DNA of 64,000 nucleotides. Origin: Guillardia theta CCMP2712. Taxonomy: Eukaryota > Protista > Cryptophyta. The translations under genes and the position numbers were made by a program. Shown here piece after piece: positions 50,535-62,324 of the stretch; position 1 is the stretch's first letter, and each line of letters begins with the position of its first letter. The stretch is from NCBI RefSeq assembly GCF_000315625.1, contig NW_005434593.1, positions 104,254 through 168,253 on the forward strand, written 5' to 3'. The notes under the pieces are model-generated. The model made no database searches. It saw nothing but the letters and a program-made list of their open reading frames with translations, and was not told the DNA's origin.

Positions 50535-51771
50535 CGGATCCTGTGAAATTTCTTTAGCTGAGCTGTGTTGATTGATCCCCAGTCTTCGTTGGGATGAAAA
50601 GATCAGGAGCATGAGGAGCGGCTGGGGTGAAATGAAGCAAATCATGTACAGAAAAAAACATAATGTTCCAAACATCCAAATCATCTGCACCTCATCGCAT
50701 GTAATCGTGTGAGCATTTACCAAGGACTCGGCTTCCAAAACGAAGCACCTTGCCATTCCTCGCCATATACACACAAAGGCTCGCAATCCTTCACTGACTC
50801 TTGTGTGAGGAGCTGATATGTATCAACATTGCCTCCTCGATTTCCCATCTTCCTCCTCTCTCTCCCCCTCCCCTCCTCCTCCTTGGTCTCCTTTCCTCTT
50901 CTTTTCCTCTGCAGGCCATACGGCCTCCACTTTGTTGACCCTCGTCCCCACCATGTCCCGGGCCCGGCCTACCGCAATGTTACTGAATTTCAAAGGCCCG
51001 GCGCTCCGGGCCCGGCGGCCATTTGAAAAGGCCAAAAATAATAACCGACGTATTCGAAATATTTCATTTGATAATTCAAAAATTCAAAAGTCCTCATGGA
51101 ATTTGGACAATTCAGCGCAGAGTTATGCGTGGGTCAGAGAAAAAGTTTCCCCATCGGTTGGAGGAACATTTGTAAGTGGGGGTGGGTCAGTAGCCGATGA
51201 CTACGGGTATTTTAATAAGTAAATACACGGGTAGTCAATGGTCAGAAACCTGGGGGGGTTGAAGATCAGTGGTTTGCCTGCAGGGTTTTCCGGGGTTTGC
51301 GCGCCAAAAGATGTCGAGGAGGATCGTTGAGGCAGAGGGGAATGGAGGAGGGAGAGAAGAAGAAAGGAAGAGCTATGGAGAGATAACTGTGAGGAGATGG
51401 TTTGTGATCTAATAGATTACTGAGAAGTCAAATCAGAAAAGCTACGATGATGTACAAGATAATGTCGCGCAATGGGAGAAGTGGACAACGGGGTAGCAGA
51501 CAAATGCCATCCAAAGCTCTTGTATGTGGTTGCAACCCACCAGATCAAATAGAATATGATCTTATCAAACCCAAATGAGATGATAATATCCAAAAGGCAT
51601 CAGATGGAGGCAGCAATCTAACCGTGACTGTTGCTGTAGGGGACGGAAGAGGGAGGGGAGGTGTAGTGTATGGTGAGATGAATGAATGTACCTCGATGAA
51701 GGATAGTGGGGCACTGCAATGGTGCTCATAGTCTTGTTCTACAGGTCATCTTCAACAAGTCCCTTGTTATC

Positions 51772-52649
51772 ATGTCATTCCCCTGGTGCGATGATCAAGC
51801 AGAAAAGTGAGAATTGCTAATTTCTTTGTGTCCAAACGTTCTCCTTATCCCACTCCTCTAGGCAGGCGGTAGTTCGCCGACCCCAGTCAAAATCAGGGGC
51901 AGGTGGCTGCCCATGGGCTCAGGTGCAATTTCTTGGTCCTAGACAGCTGGCTGTATTGACTTGAATTTCAGGATGACGATGCGGATGAGTTCAAACGAGG
52001 ACCACCGAGTAACAGAGGAAAGCGCACGGGCATTCCGAATCAATCTCCGCAGTATGAGGCTGCTGGAAAGCCGCTGTCCATGAAGCCTTCTGGTGGACAA
52101 GGACCCCCATGGGCGGCCACCGATGCTGACTCTTGGGCCCCCCCATCAAACGCTTATGGTGCTGGTGTTTTGATGCCGCCGAAGGGCGCCGAACTCCACG
52201 TTCCATATGATCATGCGCCATACTATGCGCAGCCTCTGCCAGATGAGGTAGACTACCCGGAGATCGACTACCATGAGCCAGCTCCAAGACCGATGGATGC
52301 TTACAAGTACCGAGGAGCTGCCCCCTGGGCACAGGTCTGAAATTCAATCTTGATGATAGCGCGACGGTTGGGAATCTTATTGCCTTCTCTCGCAGGACGA
52401 GGAGGAGCCCATGGTCTCTGTGTCCAAATCTTCCTTCGCTGCCCCCAAGTCTGTGAATCAGCCTTCTCAGATTCACCAGTCCTCCAACCACATAGACAAC
52501 GCGACTGCTCAGCGAGTTACTGCCGAAACGAGACTTGCTGCAAAAGCCATCCGAGCTAGGATGCAGGTACTTGCTTGTGTGCCTTGTGTGGAAAATAGTT
52601 CTGATTCTGTTGGCAGGGCGCAGGCAACGTTCTTACTTGGGCCCAGTAA
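51772..52649 (+). CDS. Small disordered protein with repeated PWAxD motifs, about 5 exons
   Basis: Spliced translation: MSFPWCDD...GGCPWAQ-DDDADE...PPWAATD...APWAQ-DEEEP...IRARMQ-GAGNVLTWAQ*. Introns are canonical and about 55 nt. Confidence 0.6.
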
Positions 52650-52984
52650 GAACAGGAGTTTGAATTTTGCATTTCACGCCGATGTCGTGTTTTGACCTCT
52701 GTACATCTACTCCTTGACACATCGATTTGCTGTAATTGTAGAGTTGCCACTATAGAACTCCAGGATCACTTGTAGTTTTATTTTATCAATTCGAAATGAT
52801 TAAATTGACTGACGCTTTAAGATGACATCCTCCACTTCATGTGCGCCACGATGTGACAACACTAGCTTTCACCTTGATGCCAACTTCTACTGCAGCCTCC
52901 ATCTCTCCCATCGTCGACGATGATCACTATTGCGGACAACAACATAATCAAATGACCTGAATCTGTGAGGGCAACTTGAAAGCG

Positions 52985-54121
52985 TCAGCCAAAGATCCTT
53001 TCCAAGCTTCGATTCCTTTCCCTTTCAATCTGTAGTTCACTCTTCGCATGCTCGAGTCTGCGATGCAAGTCTGCTCTTCCAAGTTCAGAGCGAGCAATCT
53101 TTGCTTGCAGAGCCTCTATCGATTCTTGAGCGATTCTCAGCTGTTCGCACTTCTCCGCTATCAGGTCCATCTCTTTCAGCGACCATAGCCCGGGGCTGGG
53201 GTCCTTGAAGGAATCATCGCAGTCGCTATGAGACAACTCGCTCAAAGAGTCTGGATCTACCATGCTCAAAGACTTGTTAGCCGTGCCTGCCGACGACCTG
53301 GTTGCCGTCATGTGTCCTGATGCCCTGCTCGAGCTGTCTGTGCTCAATTCCTCCTGGATCTGTGCAATCAACCCCAAGACTTCTCGTTCACGATTCTCGT
53401 CTGCTCGTTCCTTTGAGAGAAGGATCGGTGACATCGTGACTCCTTGGAGAGTTTGTTTCCTGCTCTCAAGAGCTTTCCTGCTCAGAGATTTCTGAGCAGT
53501 AGGATGGAGCTGAGAGTGATCAACATGCAAGTCTTCTAAGGTTTGTTCGATCTTCGTTACTTGTGATACATCGATCCCATGAATGTGTCTTGACGTGATG
53601 TACGTCATTCGAAGGGTTGATTCATCATTCTTCTTTGCATCGATGCTTCTGTCACCAAAGTTCGATTCTGACAAGATAATATCATACTGTGATTGATCCA
53701 GAGCATTTAGAAATCCAACGTATTTCTTCAAAGTGTCGCGGAGGATTTTGACTTCATCTTCCACGACGTAGAGATTTTCGCTCATCTCTGTCAAATATGC
53801 CTCTAGTTCCTTGTTTCTCTCTTTCAGCCTCAGATTTTCTGTCTTCACATCATCGTGAGAATGTTCAGGCGAATTTGAATGAAAATTTTCGTCGAGGTCC
53901 ATCTTCCTGCCTTTTTGAGATGGAAACAACCTATCTTGATATGTTCTGCTCTCAAAATGTAGCTCCAACCATCGAGTGAAGCAAGACTGCATCAGCTCCA
54001 CCCGCTCGACTCTTGGCAGCATCGACCATCGTCGCATGCACCTTTTCTTGATGGAAACAGCTTCGCATGCCGAAGACTCCTCGGCGATCCTTGATCGCAG
54101 GGGCTCAGCCATTCCCCTCAT
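52985..54121 (-). CDS. Coiled-coil protein of unknown function
   Basis: 378-aa non-repetitive ORF with two heptad-rich segments. It may have additional small exons. Confidence 0.65.
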   Translation of the reverse strand: MRGMAEPLRSRIAEESSACEAVSIKKRCMRRWSMLPRVERVELMQSCFTRWLELHFESRTYQDRLFPSQKGRKMDLDENFHSNSPEHSHDDVKTENLRLKERNKELEAYLTEMSENLYVVEDEVKILRDTLKKYVGFLNALDQSQYDIILSESNFGDRSIDAKKNDESTLRMTYITSRHIHGIDVSQVTKIEQTLEDLHVDHSQLHPTAQKSLSRKALESRKQTLQGVTMSPILLSKERADENREREVLGLIAQIQEELSTDSSSRASGHMTATRSSAGTANKSLSMVDPDSLSELSHSDCDDSFKDPSPGLWSLKEMDLIAEKCEQLRIAQESIEALQAKIARSELGRADLHRRLEHAKSELQIERERNRSLERIFG

Positions 54122-54621
54122 CTGCAGAAGATCTAGGAGGAGATCCTAACTTTCTCCCTCCCTCTCTCGCGTCTGCTCAGCTTCTGCCGCCATCGCCATC
54201 GCCCGCGTGCCGCTCCCGCCCCTCCATGTTCACCGCCACCGGTAGTCTCAATTGAATCTTCACTCAACTTTTTGTTGTACGGAATTATCCGGATGCTACA
54301 GTGTGGTAGAAGCCGCACATGTCGGCAGACCAGAGGATCAACGGCCAAACTTCTGGCCAAACTTGATCGCCCGGTGATCATCGGATGAGCGGATCGCCCG
54401 ATCGTCACAAGCACAAGAGCAGACGAAACTTGTCAATATCAGTGAGGCTATTAGACTAGGTTCAAGTAGCTATGTATTTCAATACCGCACGTAATGATAT
54501 TCTAATATTCACCAGGCTATTCCTTCATGTTTACAACCAGACGGGAGAAACGTTTCAATCTGGTCAACCCTCGTTCGAAGGCTTCACATTCTCTGGCGAT
54601 AAGGACCGGACGCACCAGAGA

Positions 54622-54668
54622 GGCTTACCGCTTCCCCTTGTGAAACACCTGCAGGATCATCCCGAAGA
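54622..54668 (-). repeat. 47-bp exact copy of the ABCG 3' end, including the stop codon
   Basis: Identical to 56777-56823. Confidence 0.92.
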
Positions 54669-54669
54669 A

Positions 54670-54824
54670 TACTTTCTCCTCGTAGGAAGACCGTACAGTT
54701 CAGGCTGGCGACCCACGGTCCATCGCGGTAGAAGTATCTGATCGAGTGTGCTCACGTCTGCACATCCGACTCATGTCACTGAAGTTGTGATGCATCGGAG
54801 GAGCAGGAGGAGGAGGAGGCGAAG

Positions 54825-54856
<32 letters not shown>

Positions 54857-55095
54857 AGGGGGAGAGGAAGAGGGGGAGGGGTAGGGGGGAGAGGGAGAGG
54901 GAGAGGAGGAGGGGGAGGAGGAGGAGGAGGTCACTTCAACTTGCGACAAGTAATCTCCTGTCTCGAGCAATACCGTGATTGTTCCATTCATCCGGGAAGT
55001 CAGCAATTGAGGGAGGACGTGGATAGAGCGTCGATCCCATTCATTATCAGACTGCAACTGAGCAGAGCTTCTTGCTCCTCTGCCTCTGCCCCTGT

Positions 55096-55128
<33 letters not shown>

Positions 55129-56470
55129 ATCGTCATCGTCATCGTCATCGTCTTCGTCTTCTTCTGAAGCCTCGACTGCCCTGCGCTCCTGCCTTCAAAG
55201 ATCCATCCCTTCTCCGGTCCAAAGCAAGGCAAAGGTAACCTGCTGTCCTGCCTCCAGCTCTCTCCGAGGACGCGCGCTGGCAAAGGGCATATCCAGCTCG
55301 ATGCCAACGATACTGATCACTCGGTAGACGTCGACGAGGCAAGGGAAGGTCCTGTCCATGCTGGTAGTCGAACTGATGCTGGATCGGGAGCAGCCATGGC
55401 TAGCAGAGGAAGAATCCATGAGTAGATACTCCTACGCACCTTCCGTGGAGGGAGAGCCGTCGAGGTCTCAGCCAGGGCTCAGGACACTGGCCGGCAGGAG
55501 AGATCTCCATCACTGTGGTACCCCTCCGTCAAGACAGAGTTCAGCAGAAATTTAAACATCAACATTTGATCTCTTGACTTTCTTGTGCCAAATCCTCTCT
55601 ATTGCGGAAGATGCTTTTTGAGACGGGATCCACAACACAACACAAAGTCCAGTCGCTCATTGTTTTGCCTGCCTGATGATATTCATCTCTCTAGGGCTGC
55701 AAACTCTCCAAGGATCTGATCCAAACAGATGGCTCCTGGAATCTGTCTGCATATCAACAACAAAACCATCTCCACTCCGCTTCACCTCGTCTTTAATTGG
55801 ATTTAGCTGAAGTTTGTTTTCCTCTACCTCTTGTGAACTTGCCACAACTCCAATCAAAGGAGCTTTGTCCCGTGTTTGCTCTTGTAACCCGGAGTCCGGC
55901 AATGAAGCCATTCTTCTTCTGGCTTGACTCCTGTTTCTGTTGTACTTGCTGCTGCAAACTGCTTTCCATCTGATTCTGTAATCGCCACGGTTACCCATGC
56001 TGTTGTAACAACAGGACATGCAAGAGTGCTTGCCTCAATTCGTAGTTGTAAGCCTGAGACCTGTTGATATTGTAATAGGGGTCGACTTCCTCATCTTCAT
56101 GCTGAGCTGTATCTGTCTCATTCCATTCAAACATGCAAGAACCTGCTTCGGATTCGATCTCATTTGCTCTTGCATCTTTTCCATATTTATCCGTGATGCT
56201 GTTGTTGCTCCTCCAAGTTAGGGTCAAGAGAGATTCTTGCGATGTCTTCGCCTTTGTCTTTTCACTCTTGAAAGATTCAGGAGCTGATCTGAAGTCTTGG
56301 ATGGATCTCTCAGAGGAAGTTTGTTACCATGTATGTGAACGCGTGTACCAAACCTTTCATCTGCCAAGACTGAGTGAATCTGCCTTGGGATCGAAGACAT
56401 TTCATGGTCTTCCCAACATGACTTGTGGCTCCCCATGCTCGCATCACTGAAATCATGGCTCGCAGACAGC
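54670..56470 (-). pseudogene. Degenerate coding-like sequence downstream of ABCG copy 1, mirrored at about 62630-64000
   Basis: Short protein-like ORFs broken by stops. The two copies differ by indels, and I found no consistent splice model. Confidence 0.25.
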
Positions 56471-58760
56471 AAGAGCGTTGTCTGCAGAAGTGAGTTGCAA
56501 AGTCGATGTGATAACAGAACAGTGATGCTCCTGCGACAAGAGCACAAGAGACTTGGAGGGCAAAAGAGACTTGGAGGAATCGGCTATGTTCTGATCTTTT
56601 ACAGTTTATTGCACAAAACCATCGCAACACAACAGCAAACAAAGATGGAGATGTCATAAACACAAACACAACTCTACACATCTCTTCCAGCCCCGCCCCC
56701 CCCCCGGCCCCCCCGGTTTCCACCCTCAGCGGACGCTCTCTTTCCTCGACAGCTGGGACCCACCCGAAGGCTTCATGGCTTACCGCTTCCCCTTGTGAAA
56801 CACCTGCAGGATCATCCCGAAGATCAGCTGCAGCCCCAGCGCGTACCCCGCGAGGATGCTCAGGTCCTTGTACACCGGCTTGTCGCTCATGTCGTAGAAG
56901 TCCAAGACCGCCTTCCCGTCACTGTACTGCAGGCTGTTGAAATGCTTGATGGGCTCGAACTCGTTCACCATGAACACCCGGAACGAGTAGGTGTGGAACG
57001 CGATGTAGTAGCCCCAGATGAAGTAGTCCGGGATGTCGGACTTGATCTTCATGAAGCCCTCGCACAGCATGAAGAAGCCGTACACCGCCGCCCCCAGCGC
57101 GATGCCGATGATGTAGTGCGGCACCACCGACGCCACCACGCACATGAAGGCCTCGGCGGCGACGAGGGAGAGGAAGAGGTCGGCCAGGAAGATGCCGAAG
57201 CCGTTGAGGCCCGACGGGAGCACGACCAGGGCCGTGCTGATGAGCGAGATGATGAAGAGCCCCGGCAGCGACATGAGGAACGTCGCCAGCACGTAGGAGG
57301 GGACCATGTACCAGCCGTTGGCTCGCTCTCGCAGAAACACCGCTCGCTCCAGGATGAAGAAGGGCAGCACGGCAACCGACATGAAGACCAGGAACGCAGC
57401 CACGTAGAAGAGCATGGTGATGCGGCTGTTGATGTCCGAGGCCTCGATGCCCAGCTTCCAGAACATGAACCCGATCATCGCGCACAGCATGACGTACATG
57501 ATGAGGCGGACGAGGAAGATGCCGGGGTTGCGAGCGTTGTTGAAGAAGGCGCGATGAGACAAGGTGAGCAGCTGCGACCAGAAGCCGTTGGCCGTGCCTG
57601 CCACCAGCACCTCGTGCTCGATCGGCTGGCCGATGGCGGCGATGAGCGACATGCCCTCGGGCTGGCTGGTGAAGGCGGAGGCGAGCGCGCGGACGTCGGC
57701 ATGGCCTTCGAAGTCGGTGTTGGCGAGGCGGAGGAAGAAGTCAGCGGGGTTGGAGAGGGAGGGACAAGGGTGCCCCAGCCTGCCGAAGTACTCCACCGAG
57801 TCTCTGGCGGATCCGAAGTAGAGGCACTTGCCCTCGGACAGGAGGCAGAACTTGTCGAAGCTCGCCCAGACCTCCGAGGGCGGCTGGTGGATGGTGCAGA
57901 CGACGGTGGTGCCGAGCTTGGCGAGGTAGGAGAGGTGCTTCATGATGTTCTCTGCAGCCGCCGAGTCGAGGCCTGACGTGGGCTCGTCGAGGAGGAGGAT
58001 GGAGGGGCTCCGCACGAGCTCGACCGCGATGGAGAGGCGGCGGAGCTGACCGCCGCTGAGGCCCTTCCTGAAGACATCGCCGACGATGGTGTTGCTGCAC
58101 GAGTCGAGGCCGAGGACGTGGATGACGCTGTCGGCGTAAGCCCGGCGCTCGTGCTGGGAGCACTGGGAGTGAGGGATGAGGAGGTCGGCGGCGTAGTACA
58201 TGGTCTCGCGGACGGTGAAGGGGGTCTGGAGGGCGTACTCCTGCTGGACGTAGGAGGCGATGGAGCTGAAGGCCTGGTTGCGACGATCTCCGTTGACCAA
58301 GACTTCGCCCTTGAGCGTGCGGCCCTTCTTGGAGCCGTCGATCCTGCCGGCGATGGCGTCGAGGAGGGTGGTCTTGCCTCCGCCGGAGGGGCCGCAGATG
58401 GCGAGCATCTCGCCGGGCCGGACGATGCCGGAGATGTTGTCGAGGATGCGCTTGGTGACGAGCTCGGACTTGTTGGAGGAAGGGCTGGTGCGGCGGACGC
58501 GGACGTCGTAGGTGATGCCGGTCCATGCGATGGTGGCAGGGCGGACCTTGAGGGAGAGCTTTCCGGAGGAGGAGGAGGGGGAGGACTCTGCTTCACTGAA
58601 AGAGGGAATCGGTCAACATCGAAGTAGATCCATGGAACGTCATGAGAAGAGGGAAAGAGCTTACGTTGGGCTCGACCACGTGTCTTGTGAAGTTATTGCA
58701 GCAGGGGGCACCTGAACATTGCTGTCCGTGCCAAAGACGAGATCCGCGGGCTCCATGGGA
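55103..58760 (-). repeat. Left arm of a >3.6-kb inverted segmental duplication
   Basis: Reverse complement of about 60262-64000, with mirrored ORFs in the track. Confidence 0.95.
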
Positions 58761-58783
58761 ACAACGTACTGCGTTCTTTGCAT
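56780..58783 (-). CDS. ABCG: ABCG (White-type) half transporter, copy 1; 2 exons, intron 58596-58664
   Basis: Walker A GPSGGGKTT, signature LSGGQ, Walker B ILLLDE and H-loop IHQP. NBD precedes TMD, with FLRERANGWY. Exon 1 begins MQRTQYVVPMEPADLV. Confidence 0.95.
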
Positions 58784-60230
58784 ATTTTTTCAAGATGTCT
58801 GGTGCCGTTGTCAGTTTGTTGTGTATGTGCTGGCTTCACCAACAGATGAATGGTCGAGATGTGAGGGGAGCGGAGGAGGACGTGAAGAAAGAGAGATGTA
58901 GAGGACTGAGCGTAAGGAAGCAGGTCTTCCGACTCCTCTTATATAGTGGCAAGCCTTCTCATTTCCGTACCCGTCGCTTGACTTGCTCGCATTTCAGCAG
59001 GGGTAGGGTGACTACCCAACCAAGGAGTTCCAGGTGAACAGTAGGGGTCCGCAGAGCCACACGTATCATTGAGGTAGGGGAGGGTGGCAGGGGTCCAACG
59101 AATAACTGTCTGAGACCCAAAAGTTGACTTTTTTTTTAGTGCCGGGACCCCTCCCCCGCAGTCACTTACTGGCAACGTCCGCTCCTGTCAAGTGACTCGA
59201 CTTTGATGAGTAAATCTTGCCGGTACAGAAGAGCTGGGCGGAGAACCCGGGAGATCTCGCGACCATCCACCCCTTTGAGTGCCGCAGTGTCCCTGAGGGG
59301 GGGGAAGGGGGGGGTGGTTGTGGGGGGATCGGTGGGTACTTCAGATTGAGGGTCTGCTGCCGTTTGACTGGTGCCGTACTCGATGCCACGGCAAAGTGAA
59401 ACGACCCCGGACCCCCGGAATGACTACCCACCGTCACCATATCAACAACCCTGTCCACAAGGCTCAGATGTACCCCTTCCATAGTGTTTTCGACCTGTAC
59501 TTACCCCCCCCCTCCCCTCACCCCCGATTCACCCCTTACGCCTATGATTCAAGTCAGCTACTGTCACAGACCGCATCGGTAACCCCTACCCCCCACGTAC
59601 ACCCCCACCACCCCCTCTTACTGCCAACTTTTGCACCTCGAGATGGCATCGAGCACGCCAAGTTTACCCAAGGACCCCCTGGGGTCAGACCACCCTGTCA
59701 TTTTCTTAGCCCTACCCCTACATACTACCTAGAATCACCCCCATACTATCACCACGTAACAGACCCCCCCCACCCCCAGTGAGGAATTACTGTGGAGCTA
59801 ACTTACAACCATGAAAGTCACCTATAGATAATGTGCCTACAGCAACCCCCACCCCCTGGGAGGAAATTATACATATCCCTTCACCGGTACATTTACCTAG
59901 AATGGGACCGGTGTTGTACAGGTTTTGTGGGACCCCTACCCTTTTACCTGTAAAGGGCGAGATGAGTCCGGTCAATAAATCCCCTACCGCCTCCTCTTGT
60001 TTATCGACGTCCCTTCCCTTCCCCTCCCTTCCCCTCCCCTCCCCTCCCCTCCCCTCCCTTCCCTTCCCTTCCTTTCCTTTCCCTTCCCTTCCCTTTCCTT
60101 CCCCCTCCTTCTCAACGATACTCTTCCACACTCCCTCCTCCTGCCCCAACAGCGTTGCCCTAAAAGAAGCGACCAAGATCGAGCAGCAGCAATAGCACCT
60201 GCTACCTGAACGCTGGACCCAACTCTCAGG

Positions 60231-62324
60231 ATGTCTGGAGAGCAAGACAAACAATATGTCATTCCCATGCAGCCCGCGGATCTCGTCTATGAAACGGACA
60301 GCAATGTTCAGGTGCCCCCTGCAGGAATGATTTCACAAGACACGTGGTCGAGCCCAACGTAAGCTTCTTAACCATCTCCTTCTCAACGCTACTCCCACAT
60401 ATCATATGACAACCCTTCTGAGATTCCCCATGCCTGATCCCCCTATATACCTTCCTGATTTCCTGAATTTTCTTTGAAGTATTCGACCTGACGCTTACGT
60501 TGGTATAGTAGGACGGACTCCTTCCCCTCCTCCTCCTCCGGAAAGCTCTCCCTCAAGGTCCGCCCTGCCACCATCGCATGGACCGGCATCACCTACGACG
60601 TCCGCGTCCGCCGCACCAGCCCCTCCTCCAACAAGTCCGAGCTCGTCACCAAGCGCATCCTCGATAACATCTCCGGCATCGTCCGGCCCGGCGAGATGCT
60701 CGCCATCTGCGGCCCCTCCGGCGGAGGCAAGACCACCCTCCTCGACGCCATCGCCGGCAGGATCGACGGCTCCAAGAAGGGCCGCACGCTCAAGGGCGAA
60801 GTCTTGGTCAACGGAGATCGTCGCAACCAGGCCTTCAGCTCCATCGCCTCCTACGTCCAGCAGGAGTACGCCCTCCAGACCCCCTTCACCGTCCGCGAGA
60901 CCATGTACTACGCCGCCGACCTCCTCATCCCTCACTCCCAGTGCTCCCAGCACGAGCGCCGGGCTTACGCCGACAGCGTCATCCACGTCCTCGGCCTCGA
61001 CTCGTGCAGCAACACCATCGTCGGCGATGTCTTCAGGAAGGGCCTCAGCGGCGGTCAGCTCCGCCGCCTCTCCATCGCGGTCGAGCTCGTGCGGAGCCCC
61101 TCCATCCTCCTCCTCGACGAGCCCACGTCAGGCCTCGACTCGGCGGCTGCAGAGAACATCATGAAGCACCTCTCCTACCTCGCCAAGCTCGGCACCACCG
61201 TCGTCTGCACCATCCACCAGCCGCCCTCGGAGGTCTGGGCGAGCTTCGACAAGTTCTGCCTCCTGTCCGAGGGCAAGTGCCTCTACTTCGGATCCGCCAG
61301 AGACTCGGTGGAGTACTTCGGCAGGCTGGGGCACCCTTGCCCCTCCCTCTCCAACCCCGCTGACTTCTTCCTCCGCCTCGCCAACACCGACTTCGAAGGC
61401 CATGCCGACGTCAGCGCGCTCGCCTCCGCCTTCACCAGCCAGCCCGAGGGCATGTCGCTCATCGCCGCCATCGGCCAGCCGATCGAGCACGAGGTGCTGG
61501 TGGCAGGCACGGCCAACGGCTTCTGGTCGCAGCTGCTCACCTTGTCTCATCGCGCCTTCTTCAACAACGCTCGCAACCCCGGCATCTTCCTCGTCCGCCT
61601 CATCATGTACGTCATGCTGTGCGCGATGATCGGGTTCATGTTCTGGAAGCTGGGCATCGAGGCCTCGGACATCAACAGCCGCATCACCATGCTCTTCTAC
61701 GTGGCTGCGTTCCTGGTCTTCATGTCGGTTGCCGTGCTGCCCTTCTTCATCCTGGAGCGAGCGGTGTTTCTGCGAGAGCGAGCCAACGGCTGGTACATGG
61801 TCCCCTCCTACGTGCTGGCGACGTTCCTCATGTCGCTGCCGGGGCTCTTCATCATCTCGCTCATCAGCACGGCCCTGGTCGTGCTCCCGTCGGGCCTCAA
61901 CGGCTTCGGCATCTTCCTGGCCGACCTCTTCCTCTCCCTCGTCGCCGCCGAGGCCTTCATGTGCGTGGTGGCGTCGGTGGTGCCGCACTACATCATCGGC
62001 ATCGCGCTGGGGGCGGCGGTGTACGGCTTCTTCATGCTGTGCGAGGGCTTCATGAAGATCAAGTCCGACATCCCGGACTACTTCATCTGGGGCTACTACA
62101 TCGCGTTCCACACCTACTCGTTCCGGGTGTTCATGGTGAACGAGTTCGAGCCCATCAAGCATTTCAACAGCCTGCAGTACAGTGACGGGAAGGCGGTCTT
62201 GGACTTCTACGACATGAGCGACAAGCCGGTGTACAAGGACCTGAGCATCCTCGCGGGGTACGCGCTGGGGCTGCAGCTGATCTTCGGGATGATCCTGCAG
62301 GTGTTTCACAAGGGGAAGCGGTAA
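60231..62324 (+). CDS. ABCG: ABCG (White-type) half transporter, copy 2; 2 exons, intron 60359-60508
   Basis: Same motifs as copy 1. Exon 1 begins MSGEQDKQYVIPMQPADLV. The 542-aa ORF differs from copy 1 by one residue (R/S). Confidence 0.95.

Noticed and set aside
56795-57976. 393-aa antisense ORF, mirrored at 61128-62309, and similar shadows over ITPR and the giant gene
   Set aside because: Expected shadow ORFs of GC3-rich coding sequence, with no protein-like motifs.
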